Part shown: one piece after another, positions 1 to 7,921 of the stretch
Layout of the letters: each line of letters begins with the position of its first letter
Position numbering within the stretch: position 1 is the first letter of the stretch
NCBI GenBank assembly: GCA_030747675.1
Contig: JASLKH010000024.1
Location: 1 to 20,961 of the forward strand
DNA: 20,961 nucleotides
DNA from: Candidatus Thalassarchaeaceae archaeon
Lineage (GTDB): Archaea; Thermoplasmatota; Poseidoniia; Poseidoniales; Thalassarchaeaceae
Direction of reading: 5' to 3'
The notes under the pieces: generated by a model
Database searches by the model: none
What the model was told of the DNA's origin: nothing
Seen by the model: the letters and a program-made list of their open reading frames with translations, nothing else
Program-made: the position numbers and the translations under genes

Positions 1-346
1 CATGTGTATTTTATTTAGAAAACAAGATGAAAATAGTCCAAAGCCCCAGTAGGCCTTACTTTCTAGAATAATAGTTAATTCAGAATCTTTGATAATCATC
101 TTCCAACATTGCTGATCAAACCTCGGTTCTTCAACTATAATTGGAGGCTCATGTGCCCCAAACCCACGTAATAGAGCATCACCAACATCGCCAAGATAAA
201 GCGAGCCGCCCCCTCCTTTGAAATGCAAATGACGTAGAGATCCTTCTGAATCAATTTTCATTTCTGGATTTCCAGATTTAACTTGTGCATGAAGTATAGA
301 TTCACTTGGGTTCAGAATATCCTTTGATTCGGCGTCGATTTAACAT
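1..346 (-). CDS. Hypothetical protein, runs off the left edge; probable 1-nt frameshift near its 5' end
   Basis: The minus-strand frame is open from 339 to 1 (IDAESKDILNPSESILHAQVKSGNPEMKIDSEGSLRHLHFKGGGGSLYLGDVGDALLRGFG...CFLNKIHM) and closed upstream by an in-frame TAA at 340-342. An ATG at 346 preceded by a G7 run lies in another frame (MLNRRRIKGYSEPK*). Deleting one base of the GGG at 308-310 joins the two frames. An in-frame ATG at 261 is the alternative start. The ORF track does not list it. Confidence 0.6.
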
Positions 347-426
347 CCCCCCCTTTGGCAGTTATCACATGCCATGAAGAACAACTTGATTAGTTTGGCC
401 GCTAGTTCAGGTATGGAGCGGGTCAC

Positions 427-936
427 ATGGCAAAGAAGAAACCGTCGGCGGATGAGAAAGCAGTAGAGCGATTAACAAGTTTACCTGGCGTGGGGGCAAA
501 GACTGCGTGGAAGTTAGTTTCTGCGAACATCAAAACATCTGCAGCGATTGCTAGAGTTGGCTCCAAAGGTTTAGCTAAAGCAGGAATAACTGGAGCTCTA
601 GCCACCCGAATTATTGCGGGAGCAGCCAAATCTGCAGGGGCCAAAGCATCCACCAAAGCCAAGAAAGCTGCAACAAAAGTCAAATCTACTGCAAAAGCAG
701 TTTCAGCAAAAACTAGCAAAACTACAAAGACAATCAAAATGTCTGCTAAAACAGCAGCAGCCAAGGGGAAAAGCAAAGCCACTAAGGCTGTAAAGAAAGT
801 GAGTGCTAAGAAACCTCGGGCTAAGAAGAAAGCTGCAGTGACGAAGAAGTCTAACAAGACCGTTGAGGTCAGTAGTCGAACCCTCAAGACACCTTCTTTG
901 AAGGACCTCCTCAAAAAAATTAAGAAACCAGATTGA
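427..936 (+). CDS. Helix-hairpin-helix domain protein with a long Lys/Ala-rich (histone H1-like) tail
   Basis: The N-terminal LTSLPGVGAKTAWKL...GITGALATRII matches the tandem HhH pattern (LPGVGxxTA). The rest is low-complexity K/A/T/S sequence (KAKKAATKVK, KAVKKVSAKKPRAKKKAA) with almost no acidic residues. Confidence 0.8.
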   Translation: MAKKKPSADEKAVERLTSLPGVGAKTAWKLVSANIKTSAAIARVGSKGLAKAGITGALATRIIAGAAKSAGAKASTKAKKAATKVKSTAKAVSAKTSKTTKTIKMSAKTAAAKGKSKATKAVKKVSAKKPRAKKKAAVTKKSNKTVEVSSRTLKTPSLKDLLKKIKKPD

Positions 937-942
937 TAATTT

Positions 943-2022
943 TTAATCGATTTCGGTTTGTTCAGATCCCATGGCAGATTGGGCTCTGTGATATATTTGA
1001 CGAAGACTTTGGTCACTTATTTCCAAATAAATTCTTGTTGCAGAAATATTTGCATGCCCCAATAGCCTCTGTATACTGACTAAATCAGCCCCTCTTTCCA
1101 ATAATCCTGTTGCAAAATTATGTCTTAGGGTATGTGGACTTAATTTTGAGCGAGGTATATCTGCTGAATCAGCCATTGAATCCATAAGTTTCTGAACAGC
1201 GCGAGGTGTTAATCTACGTCCTCGACGATTGAGAATAAGGGCATCCCTGTGCTCATCTGTGGGGGGATGCCTTACCACAATTTCATTTCTGATAGACTGA
1301 TATGCCTCAATAGAATCAACAGTTGAATTTGTGAATAAAATCAATCTATCCTTTGAGCCTTTACCTTCGACTACAGTGGCCGAAAAATCATCAATATCAA
1401 CATCTGCTCGATTTAATGCACATAATTCTGAAACACGCATTCCTGTATCTAGAAGTAAAGTAATTACTAGATGTGCAAATGGATTTTCAGATGTTGCAGC
1501 TGCTTCTTTCAAGCGCTCAATTTCTTTTTTAGCGAGAGTTTTCGGTAGACTTCTTCCTTTCTTAGGCCGTGTTATCCAATCGGGCACTCTGTGACCAATC
1601 CAAGCCATCAAATGCCCAATTGCTGCCATTCTAGCATTAATTGTTGCTGGAGATAAATTTGAAATTGATTGAACCCAAAAATCAAGGCGACCGTTGTTAG
1701 GATCGATCCATCTTGCTAATTCTTTCACAGTCATATTTTGTAAAGCATCGTAAGATGCTGGCATTTCTCCAGGCAATACTGTAGTAATGAACTGTTTCAG
1801 TGATGTACGATAAGAACGAAGTGTGTGCTTAGATTTTTTTTCACTGGCTAATTGCATTTCATAACAATTGAACCAGGGTAATTCAGCCAATCTGTTTAAC
1901 CTGCTGGGTAGTCCAAAAGAAACTCCAAGAGATTCCTCTGAGAATGGTGTTGCAAAATGCCCCCCGCTCTGGGATTCAGCCCAAGGTAAATTTTCTCGTG
2001 TATTCTCATTCTTCTTGCGCAT
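943..2022 (-). CDS. xerA: Tyrosine recombinase, XerC/D family (probable archaeal XerA)
   Basis: All catalytic residues are present: R (DTGMRVSEL), K (GKGSKDR), HxxR (PHTLRH), H (LLGH) and Y (TRIY). The N-terminal core-binding region has SKHTLRSY and SPATINARMAAI. No phage or IS cargo is adjacent. Confidence 0.88.
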   Translation of the reverse strand: MRKKNENTRENLPWAESQSGGHFATPFSEESLGVSFGLPSRLNRLAELPWFNCYEMQLASEKKSKHTLRSYRTSLKQFITTVLPGEMPASYDALQNMTVKELARWIDPNNGRLDFWVQSISNLSPATINARMAAIGHLMAWIGHRVPDWITRPKKGRSLPKTLAKKEIERLKEAAATSENPFAHLVITLLLDTGMRVSELCALNRADVDIDDFSATVVEGKGSKDRLILFTNSTVDSIEAYQSIRNEIVVRHPPTDEHRDALILNRRGRRLTPRAVQKLMDSMADSADIPRSKLSPHTLRHNFATGLLERGADLVSIQRLLGHANISATRIYLEISDQSLRQIYHRAQSAMGSEQTEID

Positions 2023-2038
2023 TCGCTATACCATCCCG

Positions 2039-2080
2039 GGGCCGTTGGCCCGTGCAATCCCATCCCCGAAGGGACATCGC
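2039..2080 (-). other. Two tandem RNA hairpins upstream of xerA, one with a cUUCGg tetraloop
   Basis: The minus strand reads GCGAU-G-UCCC-UUCG-GGGA-UGGG-AUUGC (2080-2054) and then GGGCC-AAC-GGCCC (2051-2039), ending 17 nt before the xerA ATG. Confidence 0.45.
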
Positions 2081-2165
2081 AGTAGGAGGGTGAATGTATC
2101 AATGCTACGCATGGTGCAATGGATTATCCGCCCTTCTAATGAGTGGTTTGAAATCTCCGATGGAA

Positions 2166-3434
2166 TCAGCGGCGTCGATTTCTCCATGACACGTTTTGGT
2201 CACTTATTGCCCATGCAGCGGGATCTTCTGCAACCTCTATATTCCAAGGATAAGGTTCTGGTGGTGAAGAGTTTCGTGCATCAATCGTTCGTTGGATAAG
2301 GGGTCGAATACGTTGTTGTAAAATATCGAGTATACCATAGAAAATTAATTCATCAGCTTCTCTTAGAATTAGATTATCATCCGGTTGCCAAACATGTGCA
2401 CCTGCTCTAGAAACTGCCACGATAGTGGCATCATCATCGTATACTATCAGGTCACCAAGCCTTTTTCCAACAAGTTCAGGATACCTTCTAATTTTCAGAG
2501 AAAGTGTACCATTTCCTTCTTTAGTTGTTAATAATTGATTTAGGTCAACATTAGTGAAGGCATGTGCATCAATAATATGATTCACAATATGACCAGCAAC
2601 ATTTACCCCTGTTGCTTTTTCAATACCCTCAAGTCCAGGACTTGAATTTACTTCAAGTAGAAGAGGTCCCCGATTTGACTCAAGTAAATCTACTCCTGCA
2701 ATATCAAGGTCTAGAAGTCTAGCAGCCTTACGAGCAATTCTGGCAAAATCCTCGGGTAAATCAATTCCTTCTACACTGCCACCTAGGTGGAAATTAGATC
2801 TAAATTCTCGACCGTGCGCCTTACGCCTCATTGCTGCAACAACTTCCCCTCCAACAACTAAAACACGGATATCCCGGCCATGACTTTCTTGAATATATTC
2901 TTGAACGAGAACTTGAATCCCTTTCTCTAGAAGTTCCCATGCTAATTCGCTTGCCTCTCTTTCAGTATGAGCTAGGAATACCCCACTGCCTTGGGTGCCT
3001 TCAGCAGCTTTGATCACGCAGGGAACGCCCCCTACTTGACGAATAGCCCTCTCTACATCACGCCAGTCGCGAACATATGCAGTTGTAGGCACTGGGATAT
3101 GGTTTGATGAGAGAATTTGTGTGGCATGTAACTTATCCCGACTCTGATGAATTCCCGAACTACTGTTTGCAGCGTAAATGCCCATCCGTTCAAACTGGCG
3201 AACAATCGCAACACCATGACGCGTAATTGAATAACCAATTCTTGGTAATATGGCATCAACTTCAACATTCCAACCTTCATTCAGAATCCTTCGCCCCTCA
3301 TTTCCGATAGTCAATGACAATTTCATTGGGTCAAGAACATCTACTGAACACCCAAGTGCATTTGCTTCTTCAACTAGGCGTCTCGTACTGTAAAGTCGCG
3401 GCCCCCGGGAAAGGATTGCGACACGGAGAGTCAT
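2166..3434 (-). CDS. rimK: RimK-family ATP-grasp alpha-L-glutamate ligase fused to a C-terminal TrkA_C (RCK_C) domain
   Basis: VAILSRGPRLYSTRRL resembles the bacterial RimK N-terminus. ATP-grasp motifs are SRDKL, VIK...GTQGSGV, VQEYI, GRDIRVLVVGG, FRSNFHLGG, AGVDL and LEVNSSPGLEGIE. The C-terminal ELVGKRLGDL...TIVAVSRAG...QPDDNLILREADELIFYG is TrkA_C-like. Confidence 0.88.
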   Translation of the reverse strand: MTLRVAILSRGPRLYSTRRLVEEANALGCSVDVLDPMKLSLTIGNEGRRILNEGWNVEVDAILPRIGYSITRHGVAIVRQFERMGIYAANSSSGIHQSRDKLHATQILSSNHIPVPTTAYVRDWRDVERAIRQVGGVPCVIKAAEGTQGSGVFLAHTEREASELAWELLEKGIQVLVQEYIQESHGRDIRVLVVGGEVVAAMRRKAHGREFRSNFHLGGSVEGIDLPEDFARIARKAARLLDLDIAGVDLLESNRGPLLLEVNSSPGLEGIEKATGVNVAGHIVNHIIDAHAFTNVDLNQLLTTKEGNGTLSLKIRRYPELVGKRLGDLIVYDDDATIVAVSRAGAHVWQPDDNLILREADELIFYGILDILQQRIRPLIQRTIDARNSSPPEPYPWNIEVAEDPAAWAISDQNVSWRNRRR

Positions 3435-3479
3435 GAACCTCCCGCCCCTCTCTCATTTTTGAGTCCTACGGCTGAAAAC

Positions 3480-3543
3480 CGCTTGAACGCGCCTGCGAGC
3501 GTACGCTCACACGCGCGCGTGAGGGACCCGAGCCTTTCAAGCG
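3480..3543. promoter_or_regulatory. Divergent promoter region with an inverted repeat enclosing two GC-rich palindromes
   Basis: CGCTTGAA (3480-3487) and TTCAAGCG (3536-3543) are exact reverse complements. Between them lie the perfect 12-bp palindromes GAGCGTACGCTC and CACGCGCGCGTG. The region separates the divergent starts at 3434 (-) and 3565 (+). Confidence 0.4.
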
Positions 3544-3564
3544 TCAAACGGTCCTCGGGTGTAC

Positions 3565-4731
3565 ATGCAGGCACCAGCAGGACCCTCTGGTCCACCGGTT
3601 GGGGGTCCCTCTGGCCCTCCAGTAGTATCAGGTCCATCAGGACCACCACTCACTGGGCCAAGTGGAACCTCGAATGAATCAGGAATTGGTAACTCAGATA
3701 CACCTTCTGCAGTGAATCCAGCACAATTTGATCCCCTTGCGGAAATTGAAGAAGCACGTGCCCGAAGAAAAAATCGAGAAGAATCTCTTGAAAGATTGCA
3801 GAAGAGGCGAAATAGCGCACGGGTTAATGTGTACCTTTTCTTGGCCCTGACAATTGTTTTTGCAGGTTTTTCATTTTTCCCTGTTACTTACGGAGATACT
3901 GATTTGACAGCATTCCCAGTAGGCCAAAATCAGCAACAGCATAATCAGTGGATTGACGATGGCAATTGGAATGAAGGTGGTTATGAAGAGAAGATATGGG
4001 ATGGATCTGATCCAGGTTCATCTTTGAAAGCTACATGGGAGGGATATATTCCCCCTCCAGTTCCAGATTTTGGTAGTGTCACATCGGTCCGAATTGATGT
4101 GGAAATCGCATCCTATCGCACAACTGGAAATACTTCCTTCACAGTAGGAATTTTTGACGGTGATTGTAAAGGTAAGTGGTTTGAAGATTTACCTGAAGAA
4201 TCATGGCATCATTTCAATGATTCAGTAGCACCCGGAAAAACCGTAGAAATCACTCTCTACACTCAACCAGGGGAGAAGTGCTTTTTGTTTGAATGGGACG
4301 AACGACCTACTGCTGGAGCATTACCAACAGTTGATATTGAGTTAGCGGTATATTGGCCGAGGATATTATCGGTTCCTGCTGCAAGCATCACATTTTTATT
4401 AGCAGGATTTGCATTTATTGGTGCACAAAAAACTGGACGAGAATTCAAACAATTGAAATATCCAGAAGGAAAACCAGAATCTAAAGTTGAGGATGAAGTA
4501 TTAGAAGCAGCAGAGGCTGAACAGCGTGAGCAAATTGATGCAGTTGTAGTTGAAGACCCCGAGAATTCAGATTCAATCAATCAACCTAGCCCAAATCTAG
4601 CACAAGTGGTATCTAGTGGTGATTCAGAACCCAAAGATGAACCTGAAAATTCTGCAGCAGCATACACTGATGAAGAATTACTTGGAGTGGGCTGGTCACA
4701 AGAACAAATTGACGCTATGCGCAATTCGTAA
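3565..4731 (+). CDS. Hypothetical membrane protein (Pro/Gly-rich N-terminus, two TM helices, acidic C-terminal tail)
   Basis: The ATG at 3565 is preferred over the GTG at 3559. TM1 is VYLFLALTIVFAGFSFF and TM2 is ILSVPAASITFLLAGFAFIGA, with a loop of roughly 155 aa between them. The tail ends YTDEELLGVGWSQEQIDAMRNS. Confidence 0.75.
   Translation: MQAPAGPSGPPVGGPSGPPVVSGPSGPPLTGPSGTSNESGIGNSDTPSAVNPAQFDPLAEIEEARARRKNREESLERLQKRRNSARVNVYLFLALTIVFAGFSFFPVTYGDTDLTAFPVGQNQQQHNQWIDDGNWNEGGYEEKIWDGSDPGSSLKATWEGYIPPPVPDFGSVTSVRIDVEIASYRTTGNTSFTVGIFDGDCKGKWFEDLPEESWHHFNDSVAPGKTVEITLYTQPGEKCFLFEWDERPTAGALPTVDIELAVYWPRILSVPAASITFLLAGFAFIGAQKTGREFKQLKYPEGKPESKVEDEVLEAAEAEQREQIDAVVVEDPENSDSINQPSPNLAQVVSSGDSEPKDEPENSAAAYTDEELLGVGWSQEQIDAMRNS
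3580..3666 (+). repeat. Coding tandem repeat (GPSGPP)x3 plus GPSG
   Basis: The translation is GPSGPP-VG-GPSGPP-VVS-GPSGPP-LT-GPSG. Synonymous codons differ between copies, so the repeat is conserved at protein level rather than being a recent DNA duplication. Confidence 0.85.
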
Positions 4732-4814
4732 TTGTAAGATAACATCACATTAGCATGCTCTGGAAGCGAAGAGGTTGAAAGCGTCAGGCATTGCCATCCT
4801 CTCTGAGGATGGCC

Positions 4815-6890
4815 ATGGCTAAGGACGAACTATCTGCCTTAACCGTAGCCGAACTGAAAGTTCGCTTGAAAGAATTAGGTCTCAAGATTACAGGAAAGAA
4901 GGCAGATTTAATCTCTAGAATTGAAGATGAAATTTCAAATGAAACTAGTGAAGAGGTTATTTTAATCGATGACGATGGCGATGCATTACTCGTTGAAGAT
5001 GTAAATCTTGAACCCTTAGATGAGCCTGAATTTTTTGAAGCCGAATTGATTGAAGATTCTGTTGAAGAGATTATTGAGGCAGAGGTATTGGAAGCAGTAA
5101 TCCCTGAAGAAAAGGCATCGCCAGCAAAAATTGCCCGAGTATCAACCACGTCGAACCCTTGGTACAAAGATGGAACTAATATTGCTACAATATTGGTTGT
5201 AATGTTGATTGTCGCAGGTGGCGGTTGGTGGTATTTTTCCACTCAAGAAGTAGTTTTCCAAGCATCCCCATCGCATTATGGTGACAAATTTGATTTTGAA
5301 GTCAAAAATGGGCAAGTTGAAATTAATGGCGATGAAATGGTCAAGTATATTCGTGATCAAATGCCGAGTGACTCACTTGGTTATCCCTGCGACTTGGTCA
5401 CCATTGATTTCGCAGGTACTGGAACGGCCTCGATTACTGAAGGGACGATTGAAGATTTGACTAGCCCGGTTGATAGTAAAATATTGGGCGCAATAAAAAT
5501 GAAAGATGGATATGGTAGAGAATGGAATACTGTAGAAGAAGTACTTTCTTACGATCTCAATGCAGACATTCGAGGCCACACTCAAATCGAAGATTTCTGT
5601 AGTTCAAATACACCATTTACAAGATTGAATAATGAAATCGATATTTCTATGACTCTCTGGACAGAGATTTTTGAAAAACGATCTTTGCGTAGCAACACAG
5701 TTCTTGACTTCCGGGACTCCGATGGTAAGCATTCGGCAACAGACACTACTACCTTTGGAGCCATTTCAAACTCTGAGAAATTGACAGAAATGCTTGATGT
5801 GGTCCTCCTCCCCATGCATCCAGTTGATATCTATGATATGTTTCAAGTTCAAATCTTGAGTGAAGGTATGACTGGCCAATATAATGGATGGGACTGGAGA
5901 GTTGGTGGCGAGTCTACAGTAAATGGTGACGATGCAATCATGGTGTACATGGAACATTTGGAAACAAAGGAGTGTCTTGGCAATGCAGCAGTTACATTGT
6001 GGGTAGTTCCTGACCGACCATGGCCTGCGAAACAAAGTGTAGAGGTGATGTTAGATGGAGATGGAAACGGACAATGTGGTGCATTGAATGAGGCAGCAAT
6101 TGATTATGCATTCCCTGAAGGAACACTACGAATTCAATACACATTGGAAGAATCTAATTTTATTCGTGGGTCAGATATATTGGATTGGAATGAACCATAT
6201 TCATCAATGCCACAGGCAGGTGAGGGACTTGGTTTCCAAGATGAAAAACTTTCTTGGAACACTGGGACACATATGTGGGATGACCCTAGTAATCAATCTA
6301 GCTCAACTCGTACATTTACTTTGGAGAAAGCCGTGGCTTGTGTAATTGCAGAACCCGCCACCTTTGGTGATGCAACTTCTGCATTATCTGGTGATGGATA
6401 TGTGTTTGGTGCTAAGGACGACCGCTCAGGGTCGGTACCTGTTTGGAATTTATCTTGGGTCAGTTCAACAGGTGCCGGATGGGTACGTGTGTCATGGCCT
6501 GGGGGTGATGGTTGTTTGAATTCTGGTGATGGATTTTTAGAGGGTGATGATCGACCTGAACATGGTCGTGATAAGATTCCTGAAACTTTAGAATTGCATT
6601 TACTGGAATCTCGTATGACAAACCCATCTTTTTATTCAGAATTGAATTCTCAAATCATGAATGGCGAATCATTGCGAAGTGATACACATTTAGCATATAG
6701 ACTTGTAATCCCAGAAGATAATGCTCTTACTGATTTACTACCTGACGATTTGATGAATGGAAAGGTTACCACCTACATAGATCGTTCTTGGACAATAAAT
6801 GGTGAAGAACATACTCTTCAAGCAGGGATGGATGCTGAAAATGGACGAATGGCAGGATGGGTTTTGACCACAAGACCTTCTGAGAGTTAA
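4815..6890 (+). CDS. SAP-domain single-pass membrane protein with a large extracytoplasmic domain
   Basis: LSALTVAELKVRLKELGLKITGKKADLISRI matches the SAP consensus. It is followed by an acidic linker, one hydrophobic helix (IATILVVMLIVAGGGWWYF, about 5181-5237), and more than 500 aa of acidic beta-rich sequence with six Cys. The start is ATG 4815 (GAGG upstream) or 4809; the ORF-track start at 4791 is a TTG. Confidence 0.8.
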   Translation: MAKDELSALTVAELKVRLKELGLKITGKKADLISRIEDEISNETSEEVILIDDDGDALLVEDVNLEPLDEPEFFEAELIEDSVEEIIEAEVLEAVIPEEKASPAKIARVSTTSNPWYKDGTNIATILVVMLIVAGGGWWYFSTQEVVFQASPSHYGDKFDFEVKNGQVEINGDEMVKYIRDQMPSDSLGYPCDLVTIDFAGTGTASITEGTIEDLTSPVDSKILGAIKMKDGYGREWNTVEEVLSYDLNADIRGHTQIEDFCSSNTPFTRLNNEIDISMTLWTEIFEKRSLRSNTVLDFRDSDGKHSATDTTTFGAISNSEKLTEMLDVVLLPMHPVDIYDMFQVQILSEGMTGQYNGWDWRVGGESTVNGDDAIMVYMEHLETKECLGNAAVTLWVVPDRPWPAKQSVEVMLDGDGNGQCGALNEAAIDYAFPEGTLRIQYTLEESNFIRGSDILDWNEPYSSMPQAGEGLGFQDEKLSWNTGTHMWDDPSNQSSSTRTFTLEKAVACVIAEPATFGDATSALSGDGYVFGAKDDRSGSVPVWNLSWVSSTGAGWVRVSWPGGDGCLNSGDGFLEGDDRPEHGRDKIPETLELHLLESRMTNPSFYSELNSQIMNGESLRSDTHLAYRLVIPEDNALTDLLPDDLMNGKVTTYIDRSWTINGEEHTLQAGMDAENGRMAGWVLTTRPSES

Positions 6891-6981
6891 TTTGGCCCAC
6901 AGAATATGGTCTGAAAACGGATTCTTTGGATTAATACCTCCCGTCAGCCTCAAGTGTGCAGGGGCTTCGGTAAGCCTCGGG

Positions 6982-7917
6982 ATGCATATGAAAGAAGAAG
7001 ATTTTCTCCCAGATGCGGTCCCTGCCCCTCTTGTTGTTGAATTCATAGAAGAGGAGTTTGAGCATGCTGATTTAGACTCTATTAGCTCTGCCGAACCTCG
7101 TACTCAGGTGGACTTACCTATTGCAGAACCTACTCCTAGTGGTCGAGCAAGAGTTGTGACGGTGATGAATCAAAAAGGTGGGGTAGGGAAAACCACCACG
7201 GTGATTAACGTAGCAACTCACCTTGCTTTAAATGGAGTTCGTGTTCTTGTGGTAGACTGTGATCAACAGGGGAATTGTGCTACAGGGCTTGGAATTGATA
7301 AAAGTCGAGTAAAACATACCACAAGAACGTTGTTTACAGAACCTGAATTAGCACCCGCTTGTCGTCATGCAACAGCAGTTCAAGGATTGCATTTAGTCGT
7401 AGGTGAACGCAGTTTGGTTGGGTTGGAACAAGATCTTTCAACGATGCTTGGTAGAGAAAGGTGTTTACATGAGGGCCTAGAATCTTTACTTCCTCATTAT
7501 GATATTGTATTCTTGGACACAGCACCGAGTCTAGGATTAGTGACAATTAATGCACTTGTTGCTAGTGATGCGGTATTGGTACCGGTTCAAACAGAATTTT
7601 TCGCATTGGAGGGCGTGGCGATGTTAGCCTCAACAATTCGAGAAGTACGCCGTCGATTAAATCCACGTTTAGGATTTGATGGAGTGATGATGACAATGCA
7701 CGCTCCAACCTTATTGAATAGTCAAGTTAAGAGCCAATTAGTCGAAACGTTTGGAGATTTGATTGTTGAACCCCCAATTCGAAGAAATATCAAACTCGCA
7801 GAAGCACCAAGTGAAGGTATTCCAATTCATATTCATGCACCTGAAAGTAATGGGGGACGAGATTATAGCGCCCTCGCACAAAATTTGGCCCTTCGATGGG
7901 GTTTGCAAATGAAGTGA
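6982..7917 (+). CDS. parA: ParA/Soj family ATPase with an acidic N-terminal extension
   Basis: It has the deviant Walker A NQKGGVGKTTT, Walker A' VDCDQQGN, Walker B FLDTAP, PVQTEFFALEG and IRRNIKLAEAPSEG. The start is ATG 6982 or 6988; the ORF-track start at 6892 is a TTG. Confidence 0.9.
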   Translation: MHMKEEDFLPDAVPAPLVVEFIEEEFEHADLDSISSAEPRTQVDLPIAEPTPSGRARVVTVMNQKGGVGKTTTVINVATHLALNGVRVLVVDCDQQGNCATGLGIDKSRVKHTTRTLFTEPELAPACRHATAVQGLHLVVGERSLVGLEQDLSTMLGRERCLHEGLESLLPHYDIVFLDTAPSLGLVTINALVASDAVLVPVQTEFFALEGVAMLASTIREVRRRLNPRLGFDGVMMTMHAPTLLNSQVKSQLVETFGDLIVEPPIRRNIKLAEAPSEGIPIHIHAPESNGGRDYSALAQNLALRWGLQMK

Positions 7918-7921
7918 TGTG

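Noticed and set aside
928-957. Possible dif site between the HhH gene and xerA (CAGATTGATAA-TTTTTA-ATCG...)
   Set aside because: The left arm ends in ATAA, but no TTAT right arm follows at 6-bp spacing. The sequence is explained by two stop codons and a T-rich terminator.
423-1016. 197-aa antisense ORF with a hydrophobic Phe/Ala/Leu-rich translation
   Set aside because: It is the shadow of the K/A-rich gene on the plus strand, where AAA and GCA codons read as Phe/Leu/Ala in reverse. It fully overlaps that gene and part of xerA.
943-2022. Recombinase as the integrase of a provirus or genomic island
   Set aside because: There is no adjacent tRNA or att repeat and no viral or plasmid cargo. 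The flanking genes look chromosomal, so a housekeeping XerA is the simpler explanation.
1868-2299. Plus-strand ORF across the xerA-rimK gap, with a strong SD-like AGGAGGGTGA near 2084-2093
   Set aside because: It overlaps two well-supported minus-strand genes and has no recognisable motif. The ATG right after the SD gives only a 31-aa peptide.
3580-3666. Collagen-like triple-helix domain
   Set aside because: The Gly-X-Y register is broken by spacers and the repeat is far too short.
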